A DNA stretch of 64,000 bases from an uncultured virus (IMG/VR IMGVR_UViG_3300025844_000001) (IMGVR_UViG_3300025844_000001), one strand, 5' to 3'; numbered from the stretch's first letter, positions 28,346 to 36,654 are shown. Program-made: numbers and translations. The notes: generated by a model from the sequence alone, not told the origin.

Positions 28346-28693
28346 TCAAGGCTCTTTATGATAACTTCCGTACATACAGTGCAACACTTCATGTCCTAGG
28401 ATTCTTTCTACTTCACTAGATGCCGTAGTCGGCTTTACTATGTGAACTATACAAGTATTCGTGGGGTCGTTTAGATACCATGTAGCTAAACCGGCAACCA
28501 TTACATGATTAGGGTTGTATGTATCCTTAATATATCTATTAAGTTCCATATCGTCTTTAAATAATTTTACTTCTAGCTGTACCTGAGTACGAACAGTACT
28601 ATTATCTAATACTGGGTAGATCCTGCCACAAGCTGCTGCCAGTAATAGGGTAAATACTATCATTATAAATAAGTTTTTAATGATAACCTCCAA
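28346..28693 (-). CDS. putative lipoprotein with HExxH motif
   Basis: LAAAC lipobox-like, GHEVLH. Confidence 0.65.
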   Translation of the reverse strand: MEVIIKNLFIMIVFTLLLAAACGRIYPVLDNSTVRTQVQLEVKLFKDDMELNRYIKDTYNPNHVMVAGLATWYLNDPTNTCIVHIVKPTTASSEVERILGHEVLHCMYGSYHKEP

Positions 28694-28787
28694 GTTTAAA
28701 ACGTGCTAAAACCCTAGAGTATTAGTCTAAGGTTCTGCAATTTGCTTATTTAAAGTCCTAAGCTGTGGGACTATTGTTGTAACAATT

Positions 28788-28875
28788 TGGCGGAAGTAGT
28801 AGGACTCGAACCTACATAGCGTTGCCACTGTCTCTCCTTAGCAAGGAGGCCGTTTACCATTGAACGTATACTTCC
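28788..28875 (-). tRNA. tRNA-Ser (GCT)
   Basis: Long variable arm, G73, CCA. Confidence 0.9.
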
Positions 28876-28876
28876 T

Positions 28877-29155
28877 TTAATTCTTAATAACGTCTATTGT
28901 TTTACCCTCGATATTTGTAACATAGCAAGTGTGATAATACTGTTTTTCGGCAAAATCTGGTGAAGCTTCTAGAGCTTGTGCTACCTTCTCTGAGCAAACT
29001 ATATAATCTACTCCATTAGTTTGGGTAAGTCCAGGATAGACAGTAACTGTCTTAATTCCGGATGTGTGAGTATACACTACATAATTTGGTACTGCTACAG
29101 TTGCTTGCACGTTTGTACTAGAGTTAAATATTGAACTGAATTTTAATGTTAACAT
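28877..29155 (-). CDS. hypothetical protein
   Basis: TAAGGA RBS. Confidence 0.75.
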   Translation of the reverse strand: MLTLKFSSIFNSSTNVQATVAVPNYVVYTHTSGIKTVTVYPGLTQTNGVDYIVCSEKVAQALEASPDFAEKQYYHTCYVTNIEGKTIDVIKN

Positions 29156-29298
29156 ATGTTTCCTTATTTGTTTGCTTATTTGTTTGATTAGTTGACTGGC
29201 TTGTTGAGGACTTTAACCCCTCCAACCGTACAAGCGCTCTAAGATAAACGGTTAACAGTCTAACAATACATTCCGTAGTAGCGGTATTGTGGCTGATT

Positions 29299-29372
29299 TG
29301 GTACTCACTGTTGGAATCGAACCAACGTCGCTTCCGTGTAAAGGAAGTGCATATCCCCTTTGCTAAGCGAGC
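29299..29372 (-). tRNA. tRNA-Val (TAC)
   Basis: Cloverleaf, CCA. Confidence 0.9.
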
Positions 29373-29489
29373 TTAATTAGTCGTAGTACTTCATCTATAG
29401 CAGGTTTAGCAGTCTCAGTATGCTCCCCTACTAACTCTATGAACTTAACTAGTACATTAATATAATCTATTCGTTCTTGTATGCCCATA

Positions 29490-29783
29490 CTAAAAATCCC
29501 ATAACTGTTCTTTCATTAGTCTAGTTTCTTCTTCAAAATCAATGCCAAGCTTAAACACTTCATTGGCAGTAGCTAAGGACATACCCCAAAACGCTTGAGT
29601 ATCGTTTTCTACTACTTCCATTGCTTCGGTTAACTCTTCACTCATTTTAGCTTCTCTTGCAGGTATTTCTGCGTAAGAGCCGTGCATCAAACTTCTGTCC
29701 CAGTTACGAATAGCTTCATCCATATTAGTTAAACCACATACAAAAGCTAATTCTACTGCAAACTTAATACTAGGATACTCCAT
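29490..29783 (-). CDS. hypothetical protein
   Basis: ORF with RBS. Confidence 0.7.
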   Translation of the reverse strand: MEYPSIKFAVELAFVCGLTNMDEAIRNWDRSLMHGSYAEIPAREAKMSEELTEAMEVVENDTQAFWGMSLATANEVFKLGIDFEEETRLMKEQLWDF

Positions 29784-29923
29784 TAGTCTCTCTCCTTACC
29801 ACATATTCGGCATTCAGATACATGTACAGAATCATTATGTACTATATAGGAGAACTTAAACTTGTAGTCATGTTCTCCCTCAGCACATTCTTTTTTATCT
29901 GATTCTTTAGGTTTATTCGTCAT
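29783..29923 (-). CDS. small Cys/His protein (46 aa)
   Basis: Read manually: MTNKPK..CRICGK; coupled both sides. Confidence 0.55.
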   Translation of the reverse strand: MTNKPKESDKKECAEGEHDYKFKFSYIVHNDSVHVSECRICGKERD

Positions 29924-30134
29924 CTGAGTCATATGCATCTTCCTCGTATTGCGGAGTTAATTTATCTTGATCAATTAACTCATAATTTTCATTATATAGA
30001 CGAATAATGCCAGTATCTAAATCAATTAATTGGCAACGAGTTGTTCCTGAAACTAACTCTAAAGCATCTGATATAGATGGGCTAACAAATACAGTAGGGT
30101 AGCTATTACCTAAGTCTTGTACTAATATGGTCAT
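29913..30134 (-). CDS. hypothetical protein
   Basis: AAAGGA RBS. Confidence 0.7.
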   Translation of the reverse strand: MTILVQDLGNSYPTVFVSPSISDALELVSGTTRCQLIDLDTGIIRLYNENYELIDQDKLTPQYEEDAYDSDDE

Positions 30135-30153
30135 AATGTTTCCTTTAATTAAT

Positions 30154-30264
30154 TGGTGTCTGACCCTTCGGCTCGACCGAAGTAGCGGTACTGGCCAAGT
30201 ACGCCCTCATTACGAGAGAGCTGGGAACTCAATATCCCTAAATGCTTGTGCAACTATGTCAGAC
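30154..30264 (-). ncRNA. expanded tRNA-like RNA (CCA end)
   Basis: 7-bp acceptor GUCUGAC/GUCAGAC, A73-CCA, T-like arm, extra hairpins. Confidence 0.7.
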
Positions 30265-30270
30265 ATTGTT

Positions 30271-30348
30271 TGGTGGAGTATACGGGACTACGTAGTTACC
30301 CGTTCAGGCATTTGCTAATCCCTGCGTGTTAGACGATTGCATTACCCC
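30271..30348 (-). ncRNA. tRNA-Ala-like RNA with G3:U70 and aberrant T arm
   Basis: GGGGUA..UACUCCACCA; loop UUAGCAA. Confidence 0.65.
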
Positions 30349-30354
30349 ATTGTT

Positions 30355-30447
30355 TGGCGGAAGCCGTGGGGATCGAACCCACACGCCCATCACTGAGCTA
30401 ACTGTTTTCAAGACAGCATCCGTCGCCAGCCTTCGGATGGGACTTCC
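30355..30447 (-). tRNA. tRNA-Ser (TGA)
   Basis: Long variable arm, CCA. Confidence 0.92.
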
Positions 30448-30455
30448 TTAATTCT

Positions 30456-30686
30456 TTATTTAACGCTAGCAGTAGATAATGTAGCTAGAACCATACACTT
30501 AGGGTCTTGGTTATAGCTATCATCTAGAGCACAGCTAATAGCTACGGGAGATACTCCATCTTTAACCATTTGAGCAACAATGTTATTTTTGTTATTATAA
30601 TACCCTGTAATTGATAATACTAGAGCTATAGCAAACACTAATACCATTGAACAAATACTTGTATAAAATTTTGCGTCGCTGTCCAT
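30456..30686 (-). CDS. small membrane protein
   Basis: Single TM, TAAGGA RBS. Confidence 0.75.
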   Translation of the reverse strand: MDSDAKFYTSICSMVLVFAIALVLSITGYYNNKNNIVAQMVKDGVSPVAISCALDDSYNQDPKCMVLATLSTASVK

Positions 30687-30863
30687 TTTGTTTCCTTATT
30701 GCGTTTATGGTTATTATTTTTAAACAACTCTATTCCACAACCACCTATTGACTAGATAGACATGTTGCTTTCCATTAGTCTCAGTCAAAGACCTTAGTGC
30801 CCCTCTTTGGGGCATAGTAGAGGGTTTCAAATCCCCCACCCTAAAAGCTGTTTAAAAATAAGG

Positions 30864-31160
30864 TTAGATAGCAACCTTAACATGTTTCTTTTTCTTCAAT
30901 TTAATACTGCAAGCTATACCTATTGCTCCACCTAGAGCAGTTGGTATTAGACTTTGATAAGGGTCATTAGAAATAATCCCGATAGAAGCAACTGTGCAGA
31001 CTGACATTAATAGGCTAGTAAGCATTGCTGCTAAAGTTTCTTCTCTAATTACGTTAAACGTCTGTACTCCGCGTAGGAATATAGAGCCTAATGTTACAAT
31101 GAACTGCGTAGTAAAGAACGCTAAGTCAAATGTAAATATAGCGTATATGTGGTCTAACAT
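30864..31160 (-). CDS. multi-pass membrane protein
   Basis: Start reset to MLDH to avoid tRNA-Thr; AGGA RBS. Confidence 0.75.
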   Translation of the reverse strand: MLDHIYAIFTFDLAFFTTQFIVTLGSIFLRGVQTFNVIREETLAAMLTSLLMSVCTVASIGIISNDPYQSLIPTALGGAIGIACSIKLKKKKHVKVAI

Positions 31161-31179
31161 AGTTGCTTTCCTATTTATT

Positions 31180-31254
31180 TGGTGCCCGTACACGGATTCG
31201 AACCGCGATAACTTGATTACAAAACAAGCGTAATAGCCTTTATACGATACAGGC
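31180..31254 (-). tRNA. tRNA-Thr (TGT)
   Basis: Loop TTTGTAA, GCC acceptor, CCA. Confidence 0.88.
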
Positions 31255-31340
31255 GAATGTATCGGCACTATCTAATCTTTATCCAACCTGATTTCGCAGG
31301 GAATCGAACCCCGTTTTAAGTTACATAGATAGTGCCAAAT

Positions 31341-31418
31341 TGGTCTCCCTGAGTGGATTCGAACCACTGACCCCTCGCGTCCAAGGCGAGCACGCTGACC
31401 AGACTGCGCTACAGAGAG
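31341..31418 (-). tRNA. tRNA-Pro (TGG)
   Basis: Canonical cloverleaf. Confidence 0.93.
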
Positions 31419-31501
31419 TTTATTTAATTTGTAGTACCTAGCGGGCGTTAGGTTGCTAGGATTCCCTATTCACGTCTTAGGTGTTTCCTTTACTACAAAA
31501 T

Positions 31502-31584
31502 TGGTACAGATGACTGGAATCGAACCAGTATTTACAACTCCTATTACGGTTACTTGCTTCGTAGGCAAGCTCGGTTACATCTGC
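31502..31584 (-). tRNA. atypical D-armless tRNA-Arg (ACG)
   Basis: Acceptor, anticodon and T arms intact; 8 nt in place of D arm; 23-nt variable region. Confidence 0.7.
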
Positions 31585-31585
31585 A

Positions 31586-31873
31586 TTATATATCTTCTGA
31601 CACCCTATAATAGGTGCTCTCTAAATGTTCTTTAGATGAACTCCACATAATTTCTAGGTTATTGTGAATTTCACTTTCAAATGGGTTATGTACCATGTAG
31701 ATGGTAATACCTGCATTTAGTTTATTAAACATTTTCATCCAGTGAGTATCTTTATACTCACCTGAACTAGGTAGATTAGTAACTCCTGCCCCTTTCAATG
31801 CCGCTACTAGCTCATAAGTATTATCAAACTTAGTATGGGTAAGCTTGGTTATTAACCATTCTACTTGAATCAT
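31586..31873 (-). CDS. hypothetical protein
   Basis: Start reset to MIQVEW after tRNA-Tyr; AAGGT RBS. Confidence 0.7.
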   Translation of the reverse strand: MIQVEWLITKLTHTKFDNTYELVAALKGAGVTNLPSSGEYKDTHWMKMFNKLNAGITIYMVHNPFESEIHNNLEIMWSSSKEHLESTYYRVSEDI

Positions 31874-31889
31874 AACTTTACCTTTAAAT

Positions 31890-31979
31890 TGGTGGAGCTG
31901 GGTGGAATCGAACCACGTGCCCAGAGGGACAGGATTTACAGTCCTGCGAAGCTCCATAGCCTCCTTACATGCCACCTCC
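31890..31979 (-). tRNA. tRNA-Tyr (GTA), atypical D region
   Basis: CAGGA-CTGTAAA-TCCTG, variable arm, CCA. Confidence 0.8.
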
Positions 31980-32357
31980 AAAATATTGAGAGCTTTAACG
32001 TAGCCCAGATAAGATTAGTATCAACGATAGGTTATTTAGTTGTCTACCTACTTAGACTAGTGTGGACTTTCCACCCACTTGCAACACCAAGTTAAACGCT
32101 ATTGTGCTTCGTAGCGATGCATATTTTAAGGCCACCCCATTTAGGGTCTAACATTCATTTTTAAACACTCTAGTCTAAGTGCTTTCCAGTCAGAGGTTGT
32201 ATCCGCCCCTCTCTTAAACGTTCCCTAGGGAACTAACCACAACTGACGTAATCTGTGGCAACTGTACTTTTCCACCCTCCATAGGATTCGCATTGCTAGG
32301 TGGTATCTTCATCAACCAGTATTTTCCTACCATAGGACTGGGTGGTTGATGAAAATT

Positions 32358-32432
32358 TGGTACCCTGTGGGAGAATTGAACTCCCCTTGCTAGGTTGAAA
32401 ACCTAGAGTCCTAACCGATAGACGAACAGGGC
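32358..32432 (-). tRNA. tRNA-Glu (TTC)
   Basis: Cloverleaf, CCA. Confidence 0.92.
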
Positions 32433-32441
32433 TTTAAATTA

Positions 32442-32696
32442 TTAACCGATGTGTACTTCCACCACAGAGACTCGGTAAATCTCATGTAGTATTTCTTTTA
32501 CAGTTCCTGGGTCTAATTCTTGGTCACTTTCTTTACCAGCAATTAACTCATATAAGTCTTTATTAAGTGACTCTAGTACCTTTAGAATAGCTTGTACTTC
32601 CTTTGATTCACCCTCACATAATACTAATTCATGATGTAATACATCACTATTATAGTCATACATAGCTACTGCATAAGTTATTGTTCTAATACTCAT
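32442..32696 (-). CDS. hypothetical protein
   Basis: Promoter plus RBS. Confidence 0.75.
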   Translation of the reverse strand: MSIRTITYAVAMYDYNSDVLHHELVLCEGESKEVQAILKVLESLNKDLYELIAGKESDQELDPGTVKEILHEIYRVSVVEVHIG

Positions 32697-32705
32697 TGTT
32701 TTCTT

Positions 32706-32769
32706 CCTTTCTCAATTCAATAAAGCTATTATACGCTAGATTGAGCGGTTAGTAAAGATAAACTTTAAA
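32706..32769 (-). promoter_or_regulatory. repeated early promoter TTTACT-N17-TATAAT with ATTGAATTGAGAAAGG leader
   Basis: Near-identical copies at ~35470 and ~38713; related copies at ~18860, 25780, 26115, 28265 (minus) and ~55133, 56476, 57699, 58830, 60194 (plus). Confidence 0.85.
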
Positions 32770-32775
32770 TCAATT

Positions 32776-32852
32776 TGGTGGGAACTACTCGAATTGAACG
32801 AGTGGCCTCCTGTGTTTCAAACAGGCGCTCTAACCAACTGAGCTAAGTCCCC
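32776..32852 (-). tRNA. tRNA-Phe (GAA)
   Basis: Cloverleaf, CCA. Confidence 0.92.
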
Positions 32853-32950
32853 TAATCTTCTTGACAATCATCAATGCCTTGTTTAACCCCTAAAAGGAAC
32901 CCTACAATAAACACTGAATAAATTGCTAAACCTATAACTAAATAAGTCAT
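32852..32950 (-). CDS. small membrane peptide (32 aa)
   Basis: MTYLVIGLAIYSVF; AAAGGA RBS. Confidence 0.55.
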   Translation of the reverse strand: MTYLVIGLAIYSVFIVGFLLGVKQGIDDCQED

Positions 32951-32965
32951 AACTATTCCTTTAAT

Positions 32966-33048
32966 TGGCAAAGGCGTGGGGAGTCGAACCCAATGCAGTG
33001 GATTTGGAATCCACCCTCCGACCACTCGGAGTTGAAGCACACGCCAAT
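32966..33048 (-). tRNA. tRNA-Trp (CCA), atypical
   Basis: GTGGA-TTCCAAA-TCCAC, T arm, G73-CCA; weak acceptor stem. Confidence 0.7.
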
Positions 33049-33054
33049 ATTGTT

Positions 33055-33131
33055 TGGAAGACCAGACCGGATTCGAACCGGTGAATCGAAGATTTGCAAT
33101 CCCCTCCCTTAGGCCTCTCGGGCACTGGTCA
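33055..33131 (-). tRNA. tRNA-Cys (GCA)
   Basis: U73, CCA. Confidence 0.9.
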
Positions 33132-33139
33132 ATTGTTCT

Positions 33140-33388
33140 TTAACGAGTTAGTACAATTCTCATTCCTAGCATTTCTGTTAGGCATAATTTATGATAATGG
33201 GATACGCCCGGTGGTAAACCTGAATCATTTATGTTGTTACCTACAACTCCACCACCTATTCCTTTATCTTTTCTAGAATCTGTAAAATGGATATTCCCTA
33301 GAACAGCAACCCCACCTAAGTTAGTATGGGCTGTATCTTCGATAACTTCACCACAAATATCACAAATAACTTTGAATTTAATTGCCAT
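33140..33388 (-). CDS. hypothetical protein (CxxC)
   Basis: CDICG..HKLC; GAGGT RBS. Confidence 0.7.
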   Translation of the reverse strand: MAIKFKVICDICGEVIEDTAHTNLGGVAVLGNIHFTDSRKDKGIGGGVVGNNINDSGLPPGVSHYHKLCLTEMLGMRIVLTR

Positions 33389-33692
33389 TGTTTACCTCAT
33401 AAAATTGTTTTGGTAATAGTACTTCTACTATTGGTTTGATGGTGCCACCTATATCGTAGTGGGAGTCTAGGCTAGAGAAATAATCCTCAGGACTAGGCCA
33501 ACCATCACAAACACAAACAAAGTAGAATCTCTTACCACAGTACCAAGCCAAGTCTGTAATTCTAGAGTTAACATGGTACCATGTATCTGGTTTTAATTTA
33601 TCAATACCCAAGTACTTTGTTCTTGGTGTTCTATCAAGCAACTTTTCTATTGCCTTTAGTTGCTTTATTTCTTCGGTATTAAAATCCATCAT
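33378..33692 (-). CDS. hypothetical protein
   Basis: GAGGT RBS. Confidence 0.7.
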   Translation of the reverse strand: MMDFNTEEIKQLKAIEKLLDRTPRTKYLGIDKLKPDTWYHVNSRITDLAWYCGKRFYFVCVCDGWPSPEDYFSSLDSHYDIGGTIKPIVEVLLPKQFYEVNNGN

Positions 33693-33708
33693 TACCTCGT
33701 TGTTTAAT

Positions 33709-33783
33709 TGGTGCGGGTAAAGAGACTCGAACTCTTAACTAATGCTTGGCAAGCACTCGTGTTACCATTGACACTATACACGC
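33709..33783 (-). tRNA. tRNA-Gly (GCC)
   Basis: Cloverleaf, CCA. Confidence 0.9.
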
Positions 33784-33789
33784 ATTGTT

Positions 33790-33864
33790 TGGAGCGTCTA
33801 CTCGGACTCGAACCGAGAACTTCGACTTGGAAGGACGTTATGTTACCATTAACACCATAGACGC
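33790..33864 (-). tRNA. tRNA-Gly (TCC)
   Basis: Cloverleaf, U73, CCA. Confidence 0.9.
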
Positions 33865-34026
33865 TTAAATTGGTTTTACTGTGATATTAAGTTTGTTTAG
33901 TTTAAATCCCTCTGGCTTATAGTTTTTATGTAAAAACCATTTTGCCTCCTGAATATGGCGGGTTGTTTTTATACCTAAACCTCTTGCAAGGTAGTGTCCA
34001 GAACTATTAATTAAAACATAATACAT
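33865..34026 (-). CDS. small hypothetical protein (53 aa)
   Basis: Read manually: MYYVLINSSGHYL; fills the tRNA spacer. Confidence 0.5.
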   Translation of the reverse strand: MYYVLINSSGHYLARGLGIKTTRHIQEAKWFLHKNYKPEGFKLNKLNITVKPI

Positions 34027-34045
34027 ATAATATCCACACTAAATT

Positions 34046-34116
34046 TGGTAGGCACTAGATAGAGTTCTCCTAGTATTAAGTTTATATCCTTAATGTATTA
34101 AGGTCTCAAAACGCCC
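34046..34116 (-). ncRNA. degenerate tRNA-like CCA-ended RNA
   Basis: GGGCG/UGCCU-A-CCA, two hairpins, no TTCG. Confidence 0.4.
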
Positions 34117-34124
34117 TTTTCATT

Positions 34125-34201
34125 TGGGGTGACTGACGGGACTCGAACCCGCTAACACTTGAATCACAATCAAGATGCTATCCTCTTTGCACTCAGTCAC
34201 A
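34125..34201 (-). tRNA. tRNA-His (GTG)
   Basis: C73, CCA; -1 base is T. Confidence 0.9.
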
Positions 34202-34261
34202 TCATAATGCTCTATTTAAAAGCTCTATGATGTAACTACTATTTCTAGTAGGTACATTGTT

Positions 34262-34337
34262 TGGTAGAAGCGGTGGGATTCGAACCCACTATCGACTGGT
34301 TAAAAGCCAGATGCTTGTCCTAATAAGCTCCACTCCT
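34262..34337 (-). tRNA. tRNA-Lys (TTT)
   Basis: Cloverleaf, CCA. Confidence 0.9.
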
Positions 34338-34683
34338 ATAAGTTTACTTTTGATAGATATACTATCAGAAGTAAACTTCCGGCTAGAGGGTTACGACCCC
34401 TTCTAACTAAATACTCTACACGTATACTTCCATTAAAGGTAAATAAATAACCATTCCCTAGCCGCGACTAATGGGTAGTTACATATTATATATTGTAGTT
34501 CTGACCGTGCCTGTGTATTCTAATCAGGCTGGATATTGGAATCTTCACTTCCATTATCGGTTAGGCTATGTGAAGAACCTAACATTGTCTCCTTTGTTTA
34601 ACATTGCTAGGGAGGTAGGTATTATAGGCTTTTCTTTAGCCTACCTCTCTGACGTTACTCAGCTTCGAGAGTCCTAGCAAATT

Positions 34684-34760
34684 TGGCGCGAATGATGGGA
34701 GTCGAACCCACTTTCTCTACCGTGACAGGGTAGCGTATCCTCCATTTCTACTTCATCCGC
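34684..34760 (-). tRNA. tRNA-Asp (GTC)
   Basis: G73, CCA. Confidence 0.9.
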
Positions 34761-34765
34761 ATATC

Positions 34766-34842
34766 TGGTGGGACTGATGGATTCGAACCATCAAGCTATA
34801 ATAAAAGACGCCTGAATTTTATATAGTATCAACCATTGTCCC
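34766..34842 (-). ncRNA. minihelix-like tRNA mimic
   Basis: GGGAC/GUCCC-A-CCA with perfect T arm, one irregular central hairpin. Confidence 0.6.
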
Positions 34843-34848
34843 GTTGTT

Positions 34849-34922
34849 TGGTGGAGGATGAGAGAATCGAACTCTCATCACCTACGTGCAAGGCAGGTGT
34901 AATTCCGTTATACTAAACCCCC
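34849..34922 (-). tRNA. tRNA-Ala (TGC)
   Basis: G3:U70, CCA. Confidence 0.92.
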
Positions 34923-34929
34923 GTAAATC

Positions 34930-35175
34930 ATTTAATACAGCACCCTGATAGCGCTAACTTATTTTATCCATCAGGGTCTTTTAGGAGTGATCAATCTCCA
35001 AGCTCTACCACATTATACGTATTTATAAGTAACCCGCCAGGGTAGGGAATCGAACCCTTACCTACTATATAGTGTTTAGAATGTTGTGAACTAGGCTCTC
35101 CACCTAATCCACTACTCATGAAGAGTTGTACGTCCTCTCCCACTAAACTACACACGCCGTGTTGCTGTATTAAAT
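34930..35175 (-). ncRNA. candidate structured RNA with internal T arm
   Basis: 13-bp terminal stem; internal GGGTTCGATTCCC. Confidence 0.55.
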
Positions 35176-35185
35176 AATCTAAAAT

Positions 35186-35277
35186 TGGTGCCCGATGTGA
35201 GATTCGAACTCACAAGCCACATCAAAGGGCTACTGGCTTCTAAGACCAGCGTGTACTTCCATTACCACCAATCGGGC
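35186..35277 (-). tRNA. tRNA-Leu (TAG)
   Basis: Long variable arm, CCA. Confidence 0.92.
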
Positions 35278-35460
35278 TTATTCTTCTTCACTTACATAAT
35301 CGTCAAATGCACTAACACAATCTTCGCATAGGTCGTTATGGTCTAAATCCTCTTGACAACTAATACTGTCACAGTTTCTACAGTAACAAGCTTCTACATG
35401 TTCATGTGAATCATCATTACATAAATCACTGTGTGTTCCACATATTGTGCAATATTCCAT
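35278..35460 (-). CDS. Cys-rich small protein
   Basis: Start MEYC after AAAGGA leader. Confidence 0.7.
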   Translation of the reverse strand: MEYCTICGTHSDLCNDDSHEHVEACYCRNCDSISCQEDLDHNDLCEDCVSAFDDYVSEEE

Positions 35461-35662
35461 GTTTCTTTCCTTTCTCAATTCAATAAAGATATTATACGCT
35501 AGATTGAACGGTTAGTAAAGATAAACTTTAAATTAAGTTGATTATTAGATAACTCAACTGTCTTTACCTTTTCATAGCTATATTGGAGAACCTCGTTAAA
35601 GGGGTATTGCTCAAGCTAGTACTACGGTCAGGGGAGTATCGTTTTAGGCTTTGCCACAAAAA

Positions 35663-35848
35663 CTAATAATCTTCCATTTCTTTTTCAAATGCTGCTTTCC
35701 TATCCATTTCAGCACAATGTTCTCGGTATCTATCATCCATTGCTGTAAGACAGGCTCCACTATTACATGTTGCTGCTGAGGTTCTCCCATACCAGCGAGT
35801 AGCTACAGCTTCATTACAAATATCACACTTTCCACTAGGTTTTTGCAT
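35663..35848 (-). CDS. Zn-finger-like small protein
   Basis: CDIC..CNSGAC; TAAGGA RBS. Confidence 0.7.
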   Translation of the reverse strand: MQKPSGKCDICNEAVATRWYGRTSAATCNSGACLTAMDDRYREHCAEMDRKAAFEKEMEDY

Positions 35849-35870
35849 TTCTAGTATTCCTTATCTAAAT

Positions 35871-35947
35871 TGGCGGACGCGGTAGGACTCGAACCTACTA
35901 TCTTCTACTTAACAGGCAGTCGCTTATACCACTTAAGCTTCACATCC
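35871..35947 (-). tRNA. tRNA-Asn (GTT)
   Basis: G73, CCA. Confidence 0.9.
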
Positions 35948-36218
35948 AAAATTTGTTGCCAGTTTCTTAAATTACATTGAGTTCACCTTAATACGTTTCC
36001 TAGGACATACTAAGTCACCTAAATGCTATACCTTTCGGTACTGGCGAAGTCTTTATTAGTAAAGTACACTCTACTTTAGCGCGTCCGCTATATTTAGAAC
36101 TCTGTTACATACAACCGGTAGGTGCTTTCGAATTTATTACCACCTTGGGCTTTTCAATGGATATTATAGTAATTCTTAATCCATATCTGCTGTTCTAAAA
36201 TGTACTTGACTAATAAAT

Positions 36219-36294
36219 TGGTAGAGAGTACTGGATTTGAACCAGTATCAGTCAGCTTATGAGGCTGCTATCGTTACCATTAGACCAACCCTCT
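36219..36294 (-). tRNA. tRNA-Met/Ile2 (CAT)
   Basis: Cloverleaf, CCA. Confidence 0.88.
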
Positions 36295-36576
36295 ATGTTG
36301 CAGGTTTACGTTATGGGGAGCATTGACCTGCTTACTTCCCCTACCATTTTGTGGTCGTTAGACACCCATATTAATATGGACTTAATGCAGAACAAAGGAT
36401 AACCCGTAAAGATACTGCATCTTACTTTTATTTTTACTAATATTCTAGATATTGGTTGCGTTATAGTCATAAGAGTCTATTCGCCTAGTAAAGCTCCTTA
36501 TCCATTTGCTTTACTAATTAGTCTAACCTCACAGGGTAATATTTTAAAGTGCTAATACCTGCTTGCACGTTGGATT

Positions 36577-36654
36577 TGGATGCGAGAACAGGAGTCGAAC
36601 CTGCAATCTCTAGGTTATGAGCCTAGTATGGTAAATCCGTTCCACCACCTCGCT
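36577..36654 (-). tRNA. tRNA-Met (CAT), initiator-like
   Basis: 1:72 mismatch, GCGAG acceptor, CCA. Confidence 0.85.

Noticed and set aside
30271..30348. tmRNA
   Set aside because: Only 78 nt, with no tag reading frame and no canonical T loop
31180..31254. Short-arm tRNA-Tyr (GTA)
   Set aside because: Correct loop register TTTGTAA gives TGT, and the acceptor is Thr-like
30864..33040. Long N-terminal extensions of ORFs 30864, 31586 and 32852
   Set aside because: They run through tRNA genes; downstream RBS-linked starts used instead
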